Shown: positions 38,537 to 48,153 of the stretch, piece by piece | How the letters are laid out: the number at the start of each line of letters is the position of its first letter | How positions within the stretch are numbered: the first letter of the stretch is position 1 | From: Candidatus Omnitrophota bacterium | GTDB lineage: Bacteria > Omnitrophota > Gorgyraeia > JABMRN01 > RBG-13-46-9 | Direction of reading: 5' to 3' | Assembly: GCA_013203315.1 (NCBI GenBank) | Contig: JABMQJ010000020.1 | Location: forward strand, 32,001 to 96,000 | DNA: 64,000 nucleotides | Program-made: the position numbers and the translations under genes | The notes under the pieces: model-generated | What the model saw: only the letters and a program-made list of their open reading frames with translations | Database searches by the model: none | What the model was told of the DNA's origin: nothing

Positions 38537-41500
38537 TTATTTCTTAAACAGTTTCGTAGTCACTTCGTGCGATAACAGATAAATTGCAGGAACAACCAGC
38601 AAGGTAAGAAAAGTAGAAACAAATAAACCGCCGATAACGCTTATGGCTAACGGGCTTCGCAGTTCTGATCCTTCGCCTATCGCCAGTGCCATCGGCACAA
38701 GCCCAAGTATCGTTGTCATTGCAGTCATGAGAATCGGGCGCAGGCGCGCCTTGCTCGCCTCAACCACAGAATCGTATACGGATTTGCCTTGTGCGCGCAG
38801 TAAGTTCACATAATCGATGAGCACTATGCCGTTATTCACAACTATACCGCCCAGCATTATAACACCCAGAAATGCCACGACGTTTACCGAGGTCCCGGTT
38901 ATAAAAAGCGCCAGCACTACGCCTATTATGGAAAGAGGCACTGTGACCATAATGATAAACGGCTGAAAAAAGCTTTCAAATTGCGCGGCCATTATCATGT
39001 AGACTAAGATAATCGAAAAAACAAGCGCGAAAATAAGGCTATTAAATGATTCGTTCATTTCTTCCGATTCACCGGCAAGCTTTACCGTAAAATCTTCCGG
39101 TATGTCGAGCTTGTTGATGGCTTTCGTAATGTCGCTTATTACGTCTTTTAAGGGTCTTTTGAAAATATTGGCCAGAATTAAAATGGTTCTCTCCTGGTCA
39201 AGCCTTTTTATTTCGCTAGGTCCCTTGCCCTTTCCGAATTTGGCTACGGTAAAAAGCGGCACGACATGCCCGTCCGGAGAATGAACCTGCAACCTGGATA
39301 ATTTGTTAAAATCATCTCTGTCTTTTTCTCTCAGTCTCACTCTTATATCGATCTCCTGGCCTTTCTCTTTCAGCTGGCTGGCAATGTAACCCTTAAGCCC
39401 GATCTGAGCGGTCTGGGCTATGTCAAATACGGAAAGGTTATATAAACTCGCTTTGTCTTTATTTATGAAAACTTTTGCTTCCGGGGAAGGTTCCGGCATA
39501 TCGGTTTTAACGCCGTATACTCCTTTTATTTTTTCGACTTTTTTCATCAATTTTTCTGTGATTTTCGTAAGGATCGGCATGTTTTGCCCTTTTATTTCAA
39601 TAATTATGGGTGTGGATTCTTCGACTGCAGCGCTAAAAATGCTTTCCTGCAGTATAAAGTCAACGTTGGCATCTTCTATGCCGATTACTTCCAGATGGCT
39701 TTTTATGTTCTGGACTGCTTCTTGAGTTTTGATTTTTCTCTTTTTCTTAAGAGTTAGCCTGATCTCTGCCTGATGTGAGCCCAATCTCTGAAGAACGTCT
39801 TTGGCTTCTTTGCCCTTGGTGGAACCGACAATGCTGTTAATATCTTCCACATAAGGAAGGCCCAAAAGATAGTCTTCTATTCTTCTGGCAACCCTGTCTG
39901 TTACTTCGAGCCTTGTTCCGCTCGGAAGATCAACTTTTACCGTGAATTGTCCCTGGTCTACTTTTGGCATGAGCTCTTTGTCCAGCGGAATAAAGAGGAA
40001 GAGACTTCCCAGAAATATCAAGAGCACAACAAAAAGGCCTATTTTTTTAACGCGTAAAAAGTTCGAAAGCATATTCCCATAAAAACTAAGGAGGGCAAAG
40101 TCCTTCTGGGTAGATACTTCGGAGCTCTTTCTTTCTGTGTTCCGATCTTTCCTGCTGACCAAAAGCGGTATGAGCGTAAGGGCCACGAAAAGACTCGCCA
40201 CAAGGGAAAATATTACGGTAAAGGCGAGTTGTTTAAAAATTTGGCCTGCGATGCCTACTACAAACACCATCGGGAAAAAGACAACTACGGTGGTAAGGGT
40301 TGAGGCGGTTATCGCGTTTGAGACTTCGTTCGCGCCTGTTATCGAAGCGGCTTTGTCGTCCTCGCCTAGTTCCTTGTGTCGAGTTATGTTTTCCAAAACT
40401 ACTATGGCGCTATCGACAAGCATTCCTACCCCGAGGGCCAGCCCGCCAAGGCTCATCATATTTATAGAGAGCTTGCCCCAATACATGAGTGTAAAAATCG
40501 CTATTATAGAAATCGGGATACTAAAGGTTACTATTATCGAGCTTCTTACATTTCTTAAAAATAAAAGTAGCACTAAAAATGCGAGAATACCGCCCTGGAA
40601 AGCGGCATCCCTTACGCCATTTATGGCGTCTTTTATGAATTTAGATTGATCGGAAACTATTTGTATTTTTATATCATCCGGGGCCTCTGCCCGTATAAAG
40701 TCAAGCGCTTCTTTTACACGGTTTACAACTTGAAGAGTGTTTACCTGGGCCTGTTTTTGTATAGATACCGATATGTTCTCTTCACCTTTATAGCGGGAAA
40801 AGCTGGTTCTTTCCTTAACTGTATCGGTTACGGTCCCGACATCTTTTAGTAAAACTATTTTTTTGGTTTTTGAGATTTTTGATTTCTTTTCTTCGTCCTC
40901 TCCGCGCCCCTCGGGCTCGTCTTTCTCGACCTTTACCGCTATTTCCTGTATCTCGTTTACGTGCTCAAATTCACCAATGGTTCTTATGAGGTACTCATAA
41001 AAACTTTCCTTGATGGTACCCGCGGGGTAATTTAAATTCGCGTCTGCGATAGATCTGGCTACGTTCATAAGCGGCACGTTATGAGCCCGTAGCCTGCCCT
41101 GGTCCACTTCTACTATTATTTCCCTTTCGAGACCTCCTGTAATGGTAGCAGAGGCGACACCTTCGATCTTTTCAAGTTCGTCTTTTATTATTCTTCTCGA
41201 TATCTCCCTTATTGCCTGGGGAGACCTGTCTCCGATAACGCTAAGAACCATTATGGGCATTTCGAAGGGGTTGTATTTCATTACAAGGGGTTCTTCTGAT
41301 TCGCGGGGCAGGCGCTCTTTTATTAAATCTATCTTCTCTCTCATCCTGAGCGCGGCAAAGTCCATATTCTGTGACCACCCGAATTCTGCCATGACAAGCG
41401 AGAGGCCCTCTTTGGAAATGCTTTTTACTCTTCGGAGGCCACTTACCGTGCCTATGGCTTCTTCTACGGGTTTCGTGATAAGCGTTTCTATTTCTTCGGG

Positions 41501-41665
41501 CGCGGCGTTTTCATAAGTCGTGACAACTGTTAATTGTGGATATGTTATGGGAGGAAACAGTTCCTGCGGCAACCTGCTAAGAGAAATAAACCCAAAAAGA
41601 AGAATGCCCGCGAATATCATTACAGTTGTAACGGGCCTTCTTATAGAAAATTCGGGTAGGCTCAT
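38537..41665 (-). CDS. RND efflux permease subunit (AcrB/AcrD/AcrF family)
   Basis: SIRRPVTT, GMLVDSAIVV, GIVVNNGIVLID, RLRPILMT; 1042 aa. Confidence 0.93.
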   Translation of the reverse strand: MSLPEFSIRRPVTTVMIFAGILLFGFISLSRLPQELFPPITYPQLTVVTTYENAAPEEIETLITKPVEEAIGTVSGLRRVKSISKEGLSLVMAEFGWSQNMDFAALRMREKIDLIKERLPRESEEPLVMKYNPFEMPIMVLSVIGDRSPQAIREISRRIIKDELEKIEGVASATITGGLEREIIVEVDQGRLRAHNVPLMNVARSIADANLNYPAGTIKESFYEYLIRTIGEFEHVNEIQEIAVKVEKDEPEGRGEDEEKKSKISKTKKIVLLKDVGTVTDTVKERTSFSRYKGEENISVSIQKQAQVNTLQVVNRVKEALDFIRAEAPDDIKIQIVSDQSKFIKDAINGVRDAAFQGGILAFLVLLLFLRNVRSSIIVTFSIPISIIAIFTLMYWGKLSINMMSLGGLALGVGMLVDSAIVVLENITRHKELGEDDKAASITGANEVSNAITASTLTTVVVFFPMVFVVGIAGQIFKQLAFTVIFSLVASLFVALTLIPLLVSRKDRNTERKSSEVSTQKDFALLSFYGNMLSNFLRVKKIGLFVVLLIFLGSLFLFIPLDKELMPKVDQGQFTVKVDLPSGTRLEVTDRVARRIEDYLLGLPYVEDINSIVGSTKGKEAKDVLQRLGSHQAEIRLTLKKKRKIKTQEAVQNIKSHLEVIGIEDANVDFILQESIFSAAVEESTPIIIEIKGQNMPILTKITEKLMKKVEKIKGVYGVKTDMPEPSPEAKVFINKDKASLYNLSVFDIAQTAQIGLKGYIASQLKEKGQEIDIRVRLREKDRDDFNKLSRLQVHSPDGHVVPLFTVAKFGKGKGPSEIKRLDQERTILILANIFKRPLKDVISDITKAINKLDIPEDFTVKLAGESEEMNESFNSLIFALVFSIILVYMIMAAQFESFFQPFIIMVTVPLSIIGVVLALFITGTSVNVVAFLGVIMLGGIVVNNGIVLIDYVNLLRAQGKSVYDSVVEASKARLRPILMTAMTTILGLVPMALAIGEGSELRSPLAISVIGGLFVSTFLTLLVVPAIYLLSHEVTTKLFKK

Positions 41666-41698
41666 AAATTAATCCTTATAATGGGGATGGCTATCCTA

Positions 41699-42835
41699 TC
41701 AGAATAATGATTCCTGGACTTCGCTTATTTCAACATTCTGTTTATCTTCAAAATCCTGAAACGCTTCTACGACGATAAGCTCCCCTTGTTTAAGCCCCTT
41801 GTTAATCTCGGCCGCGTCCTGGGTAAGATAGGCTATCCCTATTTTCCTTATTTCCACGGTGCCGCGCTCCAGAACCGCTTCCTTTCCTTCGGGTGTACCT
41901 TCTTTTGCCGCCGCTTCTGCCGGTTTTTCTTCTTTGTGAATTACATATACAAAATAATCAGCGTCTTTTTTCTTAAAAGCGGATGTCGGTATTATGAGGG
42001 CTTTGTCTTTTTCGTACGTGGCGATCAGGGCCCGGGTAAACATGCCGGGTTTAAGTTCATTATTTGGATTTTCTAATTCTATTTTTATTTTCTGTGTCCT
42101 TGTCCTGCCTTCTACGACCGGTGCGATTGAATCCACGGTTCCCTTGTAGGCTTTATTCGGATATGCATCGACAAAGATTTCGCATTCCTGGCCCAGTTTA
42201 AGTTTTGGCGAGTCTCTTTCGATTATGTTGTATTCGGCGTAGACATTACTTATTTCCACAAAAGCGCCTACTTTGTCGTTAGGGGTTACATAGGCCCCGA
42301 CATCTATATCCCGGCTTCCTAAAATGCCGGACCCGGCAGCATATATATTTGTTTTTTCAAAATCACTTTTTGCGGATTCGTACTCGAGCTTGGATTGTTC
42401 GAGCTTGATTCTATCCACACCACCTAATTCAAACAATTTCTTGGATTTCTCTACTTCCAGTTCTGCATACCTGAGCTTTAACAGGGCGTCTTTCTGGTTT
42501 AAATTAGCTATGATATCGCCTTCCTGAACTATTTCTCCTTCTTCGAAATTAAAGTTTTCTAGAATGCCGTTCGTTTCAAATTTTAGGTCTATTTCTTTAA
42601 AACCTTTTATGTTACCCATCACAGGTAGCGTATCTTTGAAATTTGTAATCTTTGCTTTATAGACCTTGACAAGAACTGATTCTTCCACCGCCCCAAGTCC
42701 GGCAGTTCCTCCCGGAGCTTTTTTCTTAAATAAAATATTTTGTATTTTTCCGGTGGTACGAGCCAGGACTAGCCCTACCAGGAGTATTCCGATTATTATA
42801 ATGACGTATTTTTTCTTTAGATTAAATTTTTTCAT
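41699..42835 (-). CDS. RND periplasmic adaptor (membrane fusion protein)
   Basis: N-terminal TM, EGEIVQEGDIIA lipoyl-like motif, short hairpin, LKPGMF, GLKQGELIVV. Confidence 0.9.
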   Translation of the reverse strand: MKKFNLKKKYVIIIIGILLVGLVLARTTGKIQNILFKKKAPGGTAGLGAVEESVLVKVYKAKITNFKDTLPVMGNIKGFKEIDLKFETNGILENFNFEEGEIVQEGDIIANLNQKDALLKLRYAELEVEKSKKLFELGGVDRIKLEQSKLEYESAKSDFEKTNIYAAGSGILGSRDIDVGAYVTPNDKVGAFVEISNVYAEYNIIERDSPKLKLGQECEIFVDAYPNKAYKGTVDSIAPVVEGRTRTQKIKIELENPNNELKPGMFTRALIATYEKDKALIIPTSAFKKKDADYFVYVIHKEEKPAEAAAKEGTPEGKEAVLERGTVEIRKIGIAYLTQDAAEINKGLKQGELIVVEAFQDFEDKQNVEISEVQESLF

Positions 42836-42851
42836 TTTTAAATCCTCTCTT

Positions 42852-44636
42852 TTAAGCTTTGAAATAATCGTCCAACCCTATCGCCTTATTAAGGGTGGCT
42901 ATGGCGGTAAAATAATCGGACATAGCCTGAATGTATGAAAATTCTTCTTCGGCTAATTTTATCATCTCTTCGATCACGTCCGAGTATTGGGCTTCGCCAA
43001 GCGCACGCTTGACTTCTAAAATTTCTACTTGTTTTGACTGAAAATCAATTTTGCTTTTGGCAACATTTATCAGAAGAATTGCCTTTTTATATTTGAAAAA
43101 TGTTTCTTTTATTTCCAGGGCAATTTCCTGCTTTTTCTTATCCATCTCGTCTTGAGACCTCATATGCTCAAGTTCCGCTTCGTATACCTTAGAGATATCC
43201 TCCATCTTGTCAAGCAGGGAAAGCGTTATCCGCTGAGTGGTAGCGGCGGTACCGTGGACTGTCTGGACAACAGGCTGCCATTCCTCCTGTGTATAAGAAT
43301 AGCCCAGGGTGCTTCCCCAAAACGGTACGCTTACTTTGGTACCGACATAGTATTCCGGGCCCAGGCCACGGGGGTGGTCCTCTCCGCTTAGATCGCGCGG
43401 TACAAAATCTTCTCTCATATTGCCATAAGAACCCAGAATATCCACTCTCGGAAAATTCGAGCGCGCCTTTGCTATCTTTCCCTCGTATTCGAAATATTCG
43501 AAAAATAGGTTTCTGATTTTTATTTCCGGCCTATTCAAATAAGCCAGGTTGAAACAATCCTCCAGATTTAATTCGGTTATCCGGGGTTTTCCGACTTCGA
43601 CGATTTCAATATGCCCCTCTATATTCATCGCCTGCTGCAAGAGAAGATTGGCCACCGAAAGATCCTCCTCGGCAGAAACTACTTGAAAATTAATCTGGTT
43701 ATATTTAGAATTAACTTCCAAAAATTCGATATAGGAAACAACGCCAGCCTCATACCCGCCTTTTGCTATGTCATAAAATTTTTTCGTTCCTTCGTATAAT
43801 CTGTTCTGTATCTTTAAAGTCTTTTTTGATTTGTCCAGGCTGTAATAGGCTTTCTTTACCTGGAGTATCATTTCGTTTTTGATTCTGCCAAAATCGGTTT
43901 TCACAACCTCTAGATTGATTTTCGCCTGTTTAACAGAAAATATAAGTTCCCCTCCGTAAAAAATAGGCTGTTTACCTTCAACTACAATTTTTTCGCCATC
44001 GTAATATCTCCTGCTTACCTGGCCTCCTGTTATTTCCCATTTCGCTGTTACCGTCGGTCCTAGCTTACGCTTGGCTTCAAGCAATCTGAACCCTGCCAGC
44101 TTTAATTGTTTTTTTGCTATGAGCAAGGGGAGGTGATTTTCCGCGGCAATAGTAATGCATTCCTCGAGGTCTAATTTACGCTTTTCCGGGAGTGTTTCTT
44201 TTTTCTTTTCTGCGCTTTTCTTCGGACTTTTTTTTGCTTTCTTTTTCTTTTGCGCAGGTTTTTTCGTTTTCTTTATTTTTTTCTTTTTCGTTTTTGCGAT
44301 TTTCCTCGATTTCTTCTTTACGATTTTGCGGGAAGGTTTCTTTTCAATTTTCTTACTCATCCGCTTTTTGGTGCTTTTGATAGATTCTTTAACAAATTTA
44401 TTTTTGGGCTGGAAAGTGAGCGCTTCTTCCCACTTGTCTACTGCCTTTTGATAATTCTTTTCTTCGTAATAAACCTTGGCTTCTTTTATGCATTGCCTGA
44501 ACCTTTCCTGTGCGCTATACTCAGCCGCCTCCTCCTGCGCCAGCGAAACGGGTGGAAGAGAAATGGCGAAAATCAAAAAAGCTGCCACGAAAAATTTGAA
44601 ACCTTGGTGTATCTTTTTGTAAATTCCGTAGTTCAT
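42852..44636 (-). CDS. TolC-family outer membrane protein with N-terminal TPR-like and Lys-rich extension
   Basis: Start set at ATG 44636 (ATGA overlap with the upstream stop, followed by a signal peptide). Motifs LDLEECITIAAENH, VKKAYY, AYLNRPEI, LNKAIG; adjacent to MFP and RND genes. Confidence 0.85.
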   Translation of the reverse strand: MNYGIYKKIHQGFKFFVAAFLIFAISLPPVSLAQEEAAEYSAQERFRQCIKEAKVYYEEKNYQKAVDKWEEALTFQPKNKFVKESIKSTKKRMSKKIEKKPSRKIVKKKSRKIAKTKKKKIKKTKKPAQKKKKAKKSPKKSAEKKKETLPEKRKLDLEECITIAAENHLPLLIAKKQLKLAGFRLLEAKRKLGPTVTAKWEITGGQVSRRYYDGEKIVVEGKQPIFYGGELIFSVKQAKINLEVVKTDFGRIKNEMILQVKKAYYSLDKSKKTLKIQNRLYEGTKKFYDIAKGGYEAGVVSYIEFLEVNSKYNQINFQVVSAEEDLSVANLLLQQAMNIEGHIEIVEVGKPRITELNLEDCFNLAYLNRPEIKIRNLFFEYFEYEGKIAKARSNFPRVDILGSYGNMREDFVPRDLSGEDHPRGLGPEYYVGTKVSVPFWGSTLGYSYTQEEWQPVVQTVHGTAATTQRITLSLLDKMEDISKVYEAELEHMRSQDEMDKKKQEIALEIKETFFKYKKAILLINVAKSKIDFQSKQVEILEVKRALGEAQYSDVIEEMIKLAEEEFSYIQAMSDYFTAIATLNKAIGLDDYFKA

Positions 44637-44977
44637 ATATTTTGGGTTTCGTTCATTTTCTTCTTTTTCCGGTATTCGCGCATGTAATCCCGCATATAAT
44701 TGCGGTGCCTTGTTTTGTGCGCTTCCCTGTAAAGCTTGAGATACTCTTTGTGCTTCTTGCGCCACTCTAGAGACCTATTTTTGCATGTTTCCTTCCAGGA
44801 CGAATCGCGCGCTTCTTTATACCTGAAGTAGTTGGGATTCTTCTTGCGCCAACCGGACATGTTTACAAGCTGACGCTGATACTGACACTCTACGCCAGAA
44901 CAAACGGCCTGATTCGGGCGGTATTTATTCGGGCTAAACGGATTGCCACAAATAATGCATTTCTTTTCTTCGGTCAT
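44633..44977 (-). CDS. Small Cys-rich basic protein (putative Zn ribbon + basic helix)
   Basis: CIICG...VCSGVEC followed by an R/K/Y-rich helix; GAGGTG RBS; tight coupling to both neighbours. Confidence 0.7.
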   Translation of the reverse strand: MTEEKKCIICGNPFSPNKYRPNQAVCSGVECQYQRQLVNMSGWRKKNPNYFRYKEARDSSWKETCKNRSLEWRKKHKEYLKLYREAHKTRHRNYMRDYMREYRKKKKMNETQNI

Positions 44978-44989
44978 TTCACACCTCTT

Positions 44990-46108
44990 TTAAGACTCTA
45001 TAAAGGCTTCCCGTATTGCAAGAAAAGCTGCCCCTTTACTGCAGGCGTCTTTTCCCAAGACAGCCGAAGCCAACCTAACTTTATCTGAAACATCATGCAA
45101 TATAAATCTGTTTACACTGGTCTTTAAAGCTTTTAAAAAAATATCACCGGACTGTTCTACGCCGCCACCTATAATAACCGCTTCGGGCTTAAACGAGTTT
45201 ATAAGATATGCCGTGCGGACACCGAGATTTGTTCCGGCCATTTTTATAATGTCTCCGGCAACTTCGTCCTTTTCTTTGGCGGCTTTTATAACTGTTTCCA
45301 AGGTAATGCTGCCTGCGCCACCCTTCGTCATGTCAATTATTTTTGTGCCGACGCCCTTCTTGATAATATTTTTTACTTCGCCTATGATGCTAAGCTCCCG
45401 ACCCCATGGCCTCAGGTATGCATATTCGCTTTTTTCTTCGTCTGCTTCGTAAAATCCCTCGTCCTTAATATAAACCATTTCTCCTGTATCTTTGTAAACA
45501 TACAGAACGCTTAAGGAATCCCTCGCATCCGGGTTTAGGGCTCTTTCACCAAAAGCCGCACACACCGCGCCGTTGGCGGTCAATATCAAGATTCCCATTT
45601 CCTCTTCTAGATCGCTTTTTATTTTTATGATTTCTTCTTTAATATCTTTTGAATCCGCTGATATACCTATTTTTTTAATTCGTATTTTATCTATTTTTGA
45701 AGCATTGAGAAGTTTTTGTACTATTTCGTTTATTAAAAGTTTTAAATCCTTTTTCCCGCAACCTTCGGTGGAATCGCTTGCCAGAACCTGCATGCCTAAA
45801 TCCAGAATAACCCCTTTTACGCAACTTGCGCTAACGTCTATACCCAGCGTATATCCCCATTCTTTATTCAGCTCTATAAGTTCCGGTCGTCTTCCGCCGC
45901 TTGAGATGTCGTAACCGTGCTCCAGTACAAGGCCTTTTTTCAGGTAGCTATTAACATAATTAGATACTGTAACGACGTTAATTTCCGTTAATTTGGATAT
46001 TTCTGTGCGGGAGGTACTCTTACGAGATTTGATTAAATTCAAAAAAAGTAAGTTTTTCTTTTCGTGGTCAGTTGAGGGATTTGCTGTAAATTGTGTCTTT
46101 TTTTTCAT
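44990..46108 (-). CDS. ROK family transcriptional regulator (paralog of 13179-14429)
   Basis: SRTEISKLTEINVVTVSNYV, GGRRP, LGIDV, AAFGE, PEAVIIGGG. Start set at ATG 46108, downstream of the promoter. Confidence 0.9.
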   Translation of the reverse strand: MKKKTQFTANPSTDHEKKNLLFLNLIKSRKSTSRTEISKLTEINVVTVSNYVNSYLKKGLVLEHGYDISSGGRRPELIELNKEWGYTLGIDVSASCVKGVILDLGMQVLASDSTEGCGKKDLKLLINEIVQKLLNASKIDKIRIKKIGISADSKDIKEEIIKIKSDLEEEMGILILTANGAVCAAFGERALNPDARDSLSVLYVYKDTGEMVYIKDEGFYEADEEKSEYAYLRPWGRELSIIGEVKNIIKKGVGTKIIDMTKGGAGSITLETVIKAAKEKDEVAGDIIKMAGTNLGVRTAYLINSFKPEAVIIGGGVEQSGDIFLKALKTSVNRFILHDVSDKVRLASAVLGKDACSKGAAFLAIREAFIES

Positions 46109-46112
46109 GGAA

Positions 46113-46157
46113 CTAACTTTTGTTAGAAAGTGTAGCATAAAACAAACAAAAAGTCAA
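46113..46157 (-). promoter_or_regulatory. Sigma70-type promoter plus palindrome upstream of the ROK-TolC-RND operon
   Basis: Minus strand TTGACT-17 nt-TACACT (extended TG), followed by CTAAC-AAAA-GTTAG over the predicted start site. Confidence 0.6.
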
Positions 46158-46257
46158 ATTTCTGAAAGAAATTTGATCCTCAAGGTAGTGTTGTCGAATA
46201 GATAAATACAAAATCCTTGTGGCTTTTTTTGTTTAAGGGTATAATGTTTTAATCTAA

Positions 46258-46734
46258 ATGAAGAAGCTATGTATTATAATTATATCGCTAATACTCGCCA
46301 CTTCGGTAGCGGAGGGGCGCCCTTTCTACAGGGGCTTTAAAAGAGATGTTGGCACAGGGGATGTCGTCTTATCGTTAACTGAAATTGTGAGGCTATTCGA
46401 TCAGCACGCCAAGGTAGTAGGTGGTGCCGGATTCTTCTACGGCGTAAAGTCTAAATTTATGACTATTTCTTCTGATTCACACCGTGATTTACTGCAAAAT
46501 TATATCTTACGCACACCCGGATATATGTTGCGTGCAAGCGGAATTTCAGAAGATGACCCTTCTTTAAGTAAAACTTTCGTATATTACTGCGGTCTAATGC
46601 CTACTGCGTATGATACGTATGCCGTGTGCAGGAATAAGATTTTACTTTGTATTAAAGCGGTGTTCCCCGGTAAAAGTGACGCGTTTTACCGGAATATTAT
46701 GCGCGAAATGCGAAACAACGCGGGCGCGGATTAG
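46258..46734 (+). CDS. Hypothetical exported protein
   Basis: Signal peptide MKKLCIIIISLILATSVAEG; TTGTGG-17-TATAAT at 46217-46245; ends 2 nt before the GT87 start. Confidence 0.65.
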   Translation: MKKLCIIIISLILATSVAEGRPFYRGFKRDVGTGDVVLSLTEIVRLFDQHAKVVGGAGFFYGVKSKFMTISSDSHRDLLQNYILRTPGYMLRASGISEDDPSLSKTFVYYCGLMPTAYDTYAVCRNKILLCIKAVFPGKSDAFYRNIMREMRNNAGAD

Positions 46735-46736
46735 TT

Positions 46737-48032
46737 ATGACTTTGTCAGAAAAACTTATCTTTACGCTGAAGAGGAAAAAGTGGCTAATAGCGCTTCTTT
46801 TGGTCGCGGTTTTTGTTTCTCTCGGTTTTTACACTACGTGGAGAACGCATTATAAATCGACCGATTTCGATACATACTATTATGCAGGCCGCGATGTTTT
46901 AGCAGGCGCTTCTGTTTATACGGAGCATGAAAGCATAAGCCCTTATATTTACCCGCCATTTTTTGCATGCTTGATTGCGCCGTTTACATTATTTAGCCTG
47001 GAAGTAACTTCGGTTTTTTGGTATATTTTAAATCTTGCCCTTTTCTTTCTTTCTATTTTATTAAGCTTTCGCCTGATTTTTGACGATAAGCCTAAGGCCA
47101 TTAATCCTAACGTACTTTTATCGGCGCCGGTAATTCTGTTTTTTGTTATGCTCACCGGGCTTTTTATAGACAACATATCGATGCTGCAGGCTAACATATC
47201 GATACTCTTTTTGGTCGTAGCGGGGCTTTACTTTTTTAAGAAAAAAATGGATCTTCCGGCATCCTTTTTTTTAGGCCTGGCCATTTCGATTAAGGTAATT
47301 CCGATTTTATTTTTGATTTATTTTATTGTTAAAAAGGAATTCAAGATGGCGGTATTTACCGCCCTATGGACGGGGTTATTTTCTTATGCCGTGCCGGCGG
47401 CTTTCATGGGACCGGATAACGCCTGGGTTTCTCTTGACATGTGGAGCAAAAGCATGCTTTTTAAATTCATGTCGAAAAACCCGGATTTCGACATGTTAAT
47501 ATACATGTTCAATCCGCAAAATCAGTCAGTTACGGCATTTTTTTCCAGGTGGCTTATAAAAAATGATTTTCTTATCATTCACTTCAAAAGGATGGCGCAC
47601 GAGTATCCTGCATTCCTGATACCCTGGACTTTGTCCATGACAAGAGAGAGCGTGTTTTTCATATCCAAGGTTTTTACGTTTCTGGTGGGTGCTGTGACGT
47701 TTCTTTGTTGTTTTGGAAAAATAAAAAATAGAGGCGACCACTTACTTAACTACGAATACTCCCTGATGTTTCTCGTATCGCTTATAGTAAATCCGGTTTT
47801 AAAAACGCAGCAGATGATTTTTCTCATGTTTCCTGCGCTCTTACTTTTGTCCCGTATTATCAAGCCCGTAGGAAATGGCCGATTTCTTCGCCCGGCTTTT
47901 TTGAGCTTTGCGTTCTTATATTTATCTCAGGTTTTTGGGGTGTCTAAAATGCTGGGGTTCGGAACACTTTCAATTTTACTGCTATGGGGAATCCTGCTGG
48001 TAAGTTACCGTGGCCTTATTAGGCGTGTTTAG
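46737..48032 (+). CDS. GT87/DUF2029 family membrane glycosyltransferase (GT-C)
   Basis: DFDTYYYAG, YIYPPFFA, QAN, LAISIKVIP, NQS; polytopic. Confidence 0.85.
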   Translation: MTLSEKLIFTLKRKKWLIALLLVAVFVSLGFYTTWRTHYKSTDFDTYYYAGRDVLAGASVYTEHESISPYIYPPFFACLIAPFTLFSLEVTSVFWYILNLALFFLSILLSFRLIFDDKPKAINPNVLLSAPVILFFVMLTGLFIDNISMLQANISILFLVVAGLYFFKKKMDLPASFFLGLAISIKVIPILFLIYFIVKKEFKMAVFTALWTGLFSYAVPAAFMGPDNAWVSLDMWSKSMLFKFMSKNPDFDMLIYMFNPQNQSVTAFFSRWLIKNDFLIIHFKRMAHEYPAFLIPWTLSMTRESVFFISKVFTFLVGAVTFLCCFGKIKNRGDHLLNYEYSLMFLVSLIVNPVLKTQQMIFLMFPALLLLSRIIKPVGNGRFLRPAFLSFAFLYLSQVFGVSKMLGFGTLSILLLWGILLVSYRGLIRRV

Positions 48033-48153
48033 AAAGGCCTCGGAAGAATTGGTTAGGTTGTTTTTTTGGCTCTTTTTCGTCTAAAAAAGCCCGCTCCAAA
48101 TCGAAGCATAGTAGAGGGTTCAGGGATAGCATTGCAAGTCCCGTCTATGCATA

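Noticed and set aside
37758-38582. 274-aa plus-strand ORF, and the many other short plus-strand ORFs over minus-strand genes
   Set aside because: They lie antisense to well-supported genes, are Ser/Ile/Phe-rich shadow translations, and show no motifs.
27136-44636. Classical type I secretion of the giant protein by the adjacent TolC and MFP
   Set aside because: The inner-membrane partners are RND permeases, not an ABC exporter. The giant protein has an N-terminal Sec-like signal and no RTX repeats, so any link must be indirect or novel.
44637-44765. N-terminal 43-aa extension of TolC in the ORF track
   Set aside because: It overlaps the 114-aa gene in another frame. ATG 44636 gives a signal peptide and a stop-start overlap.
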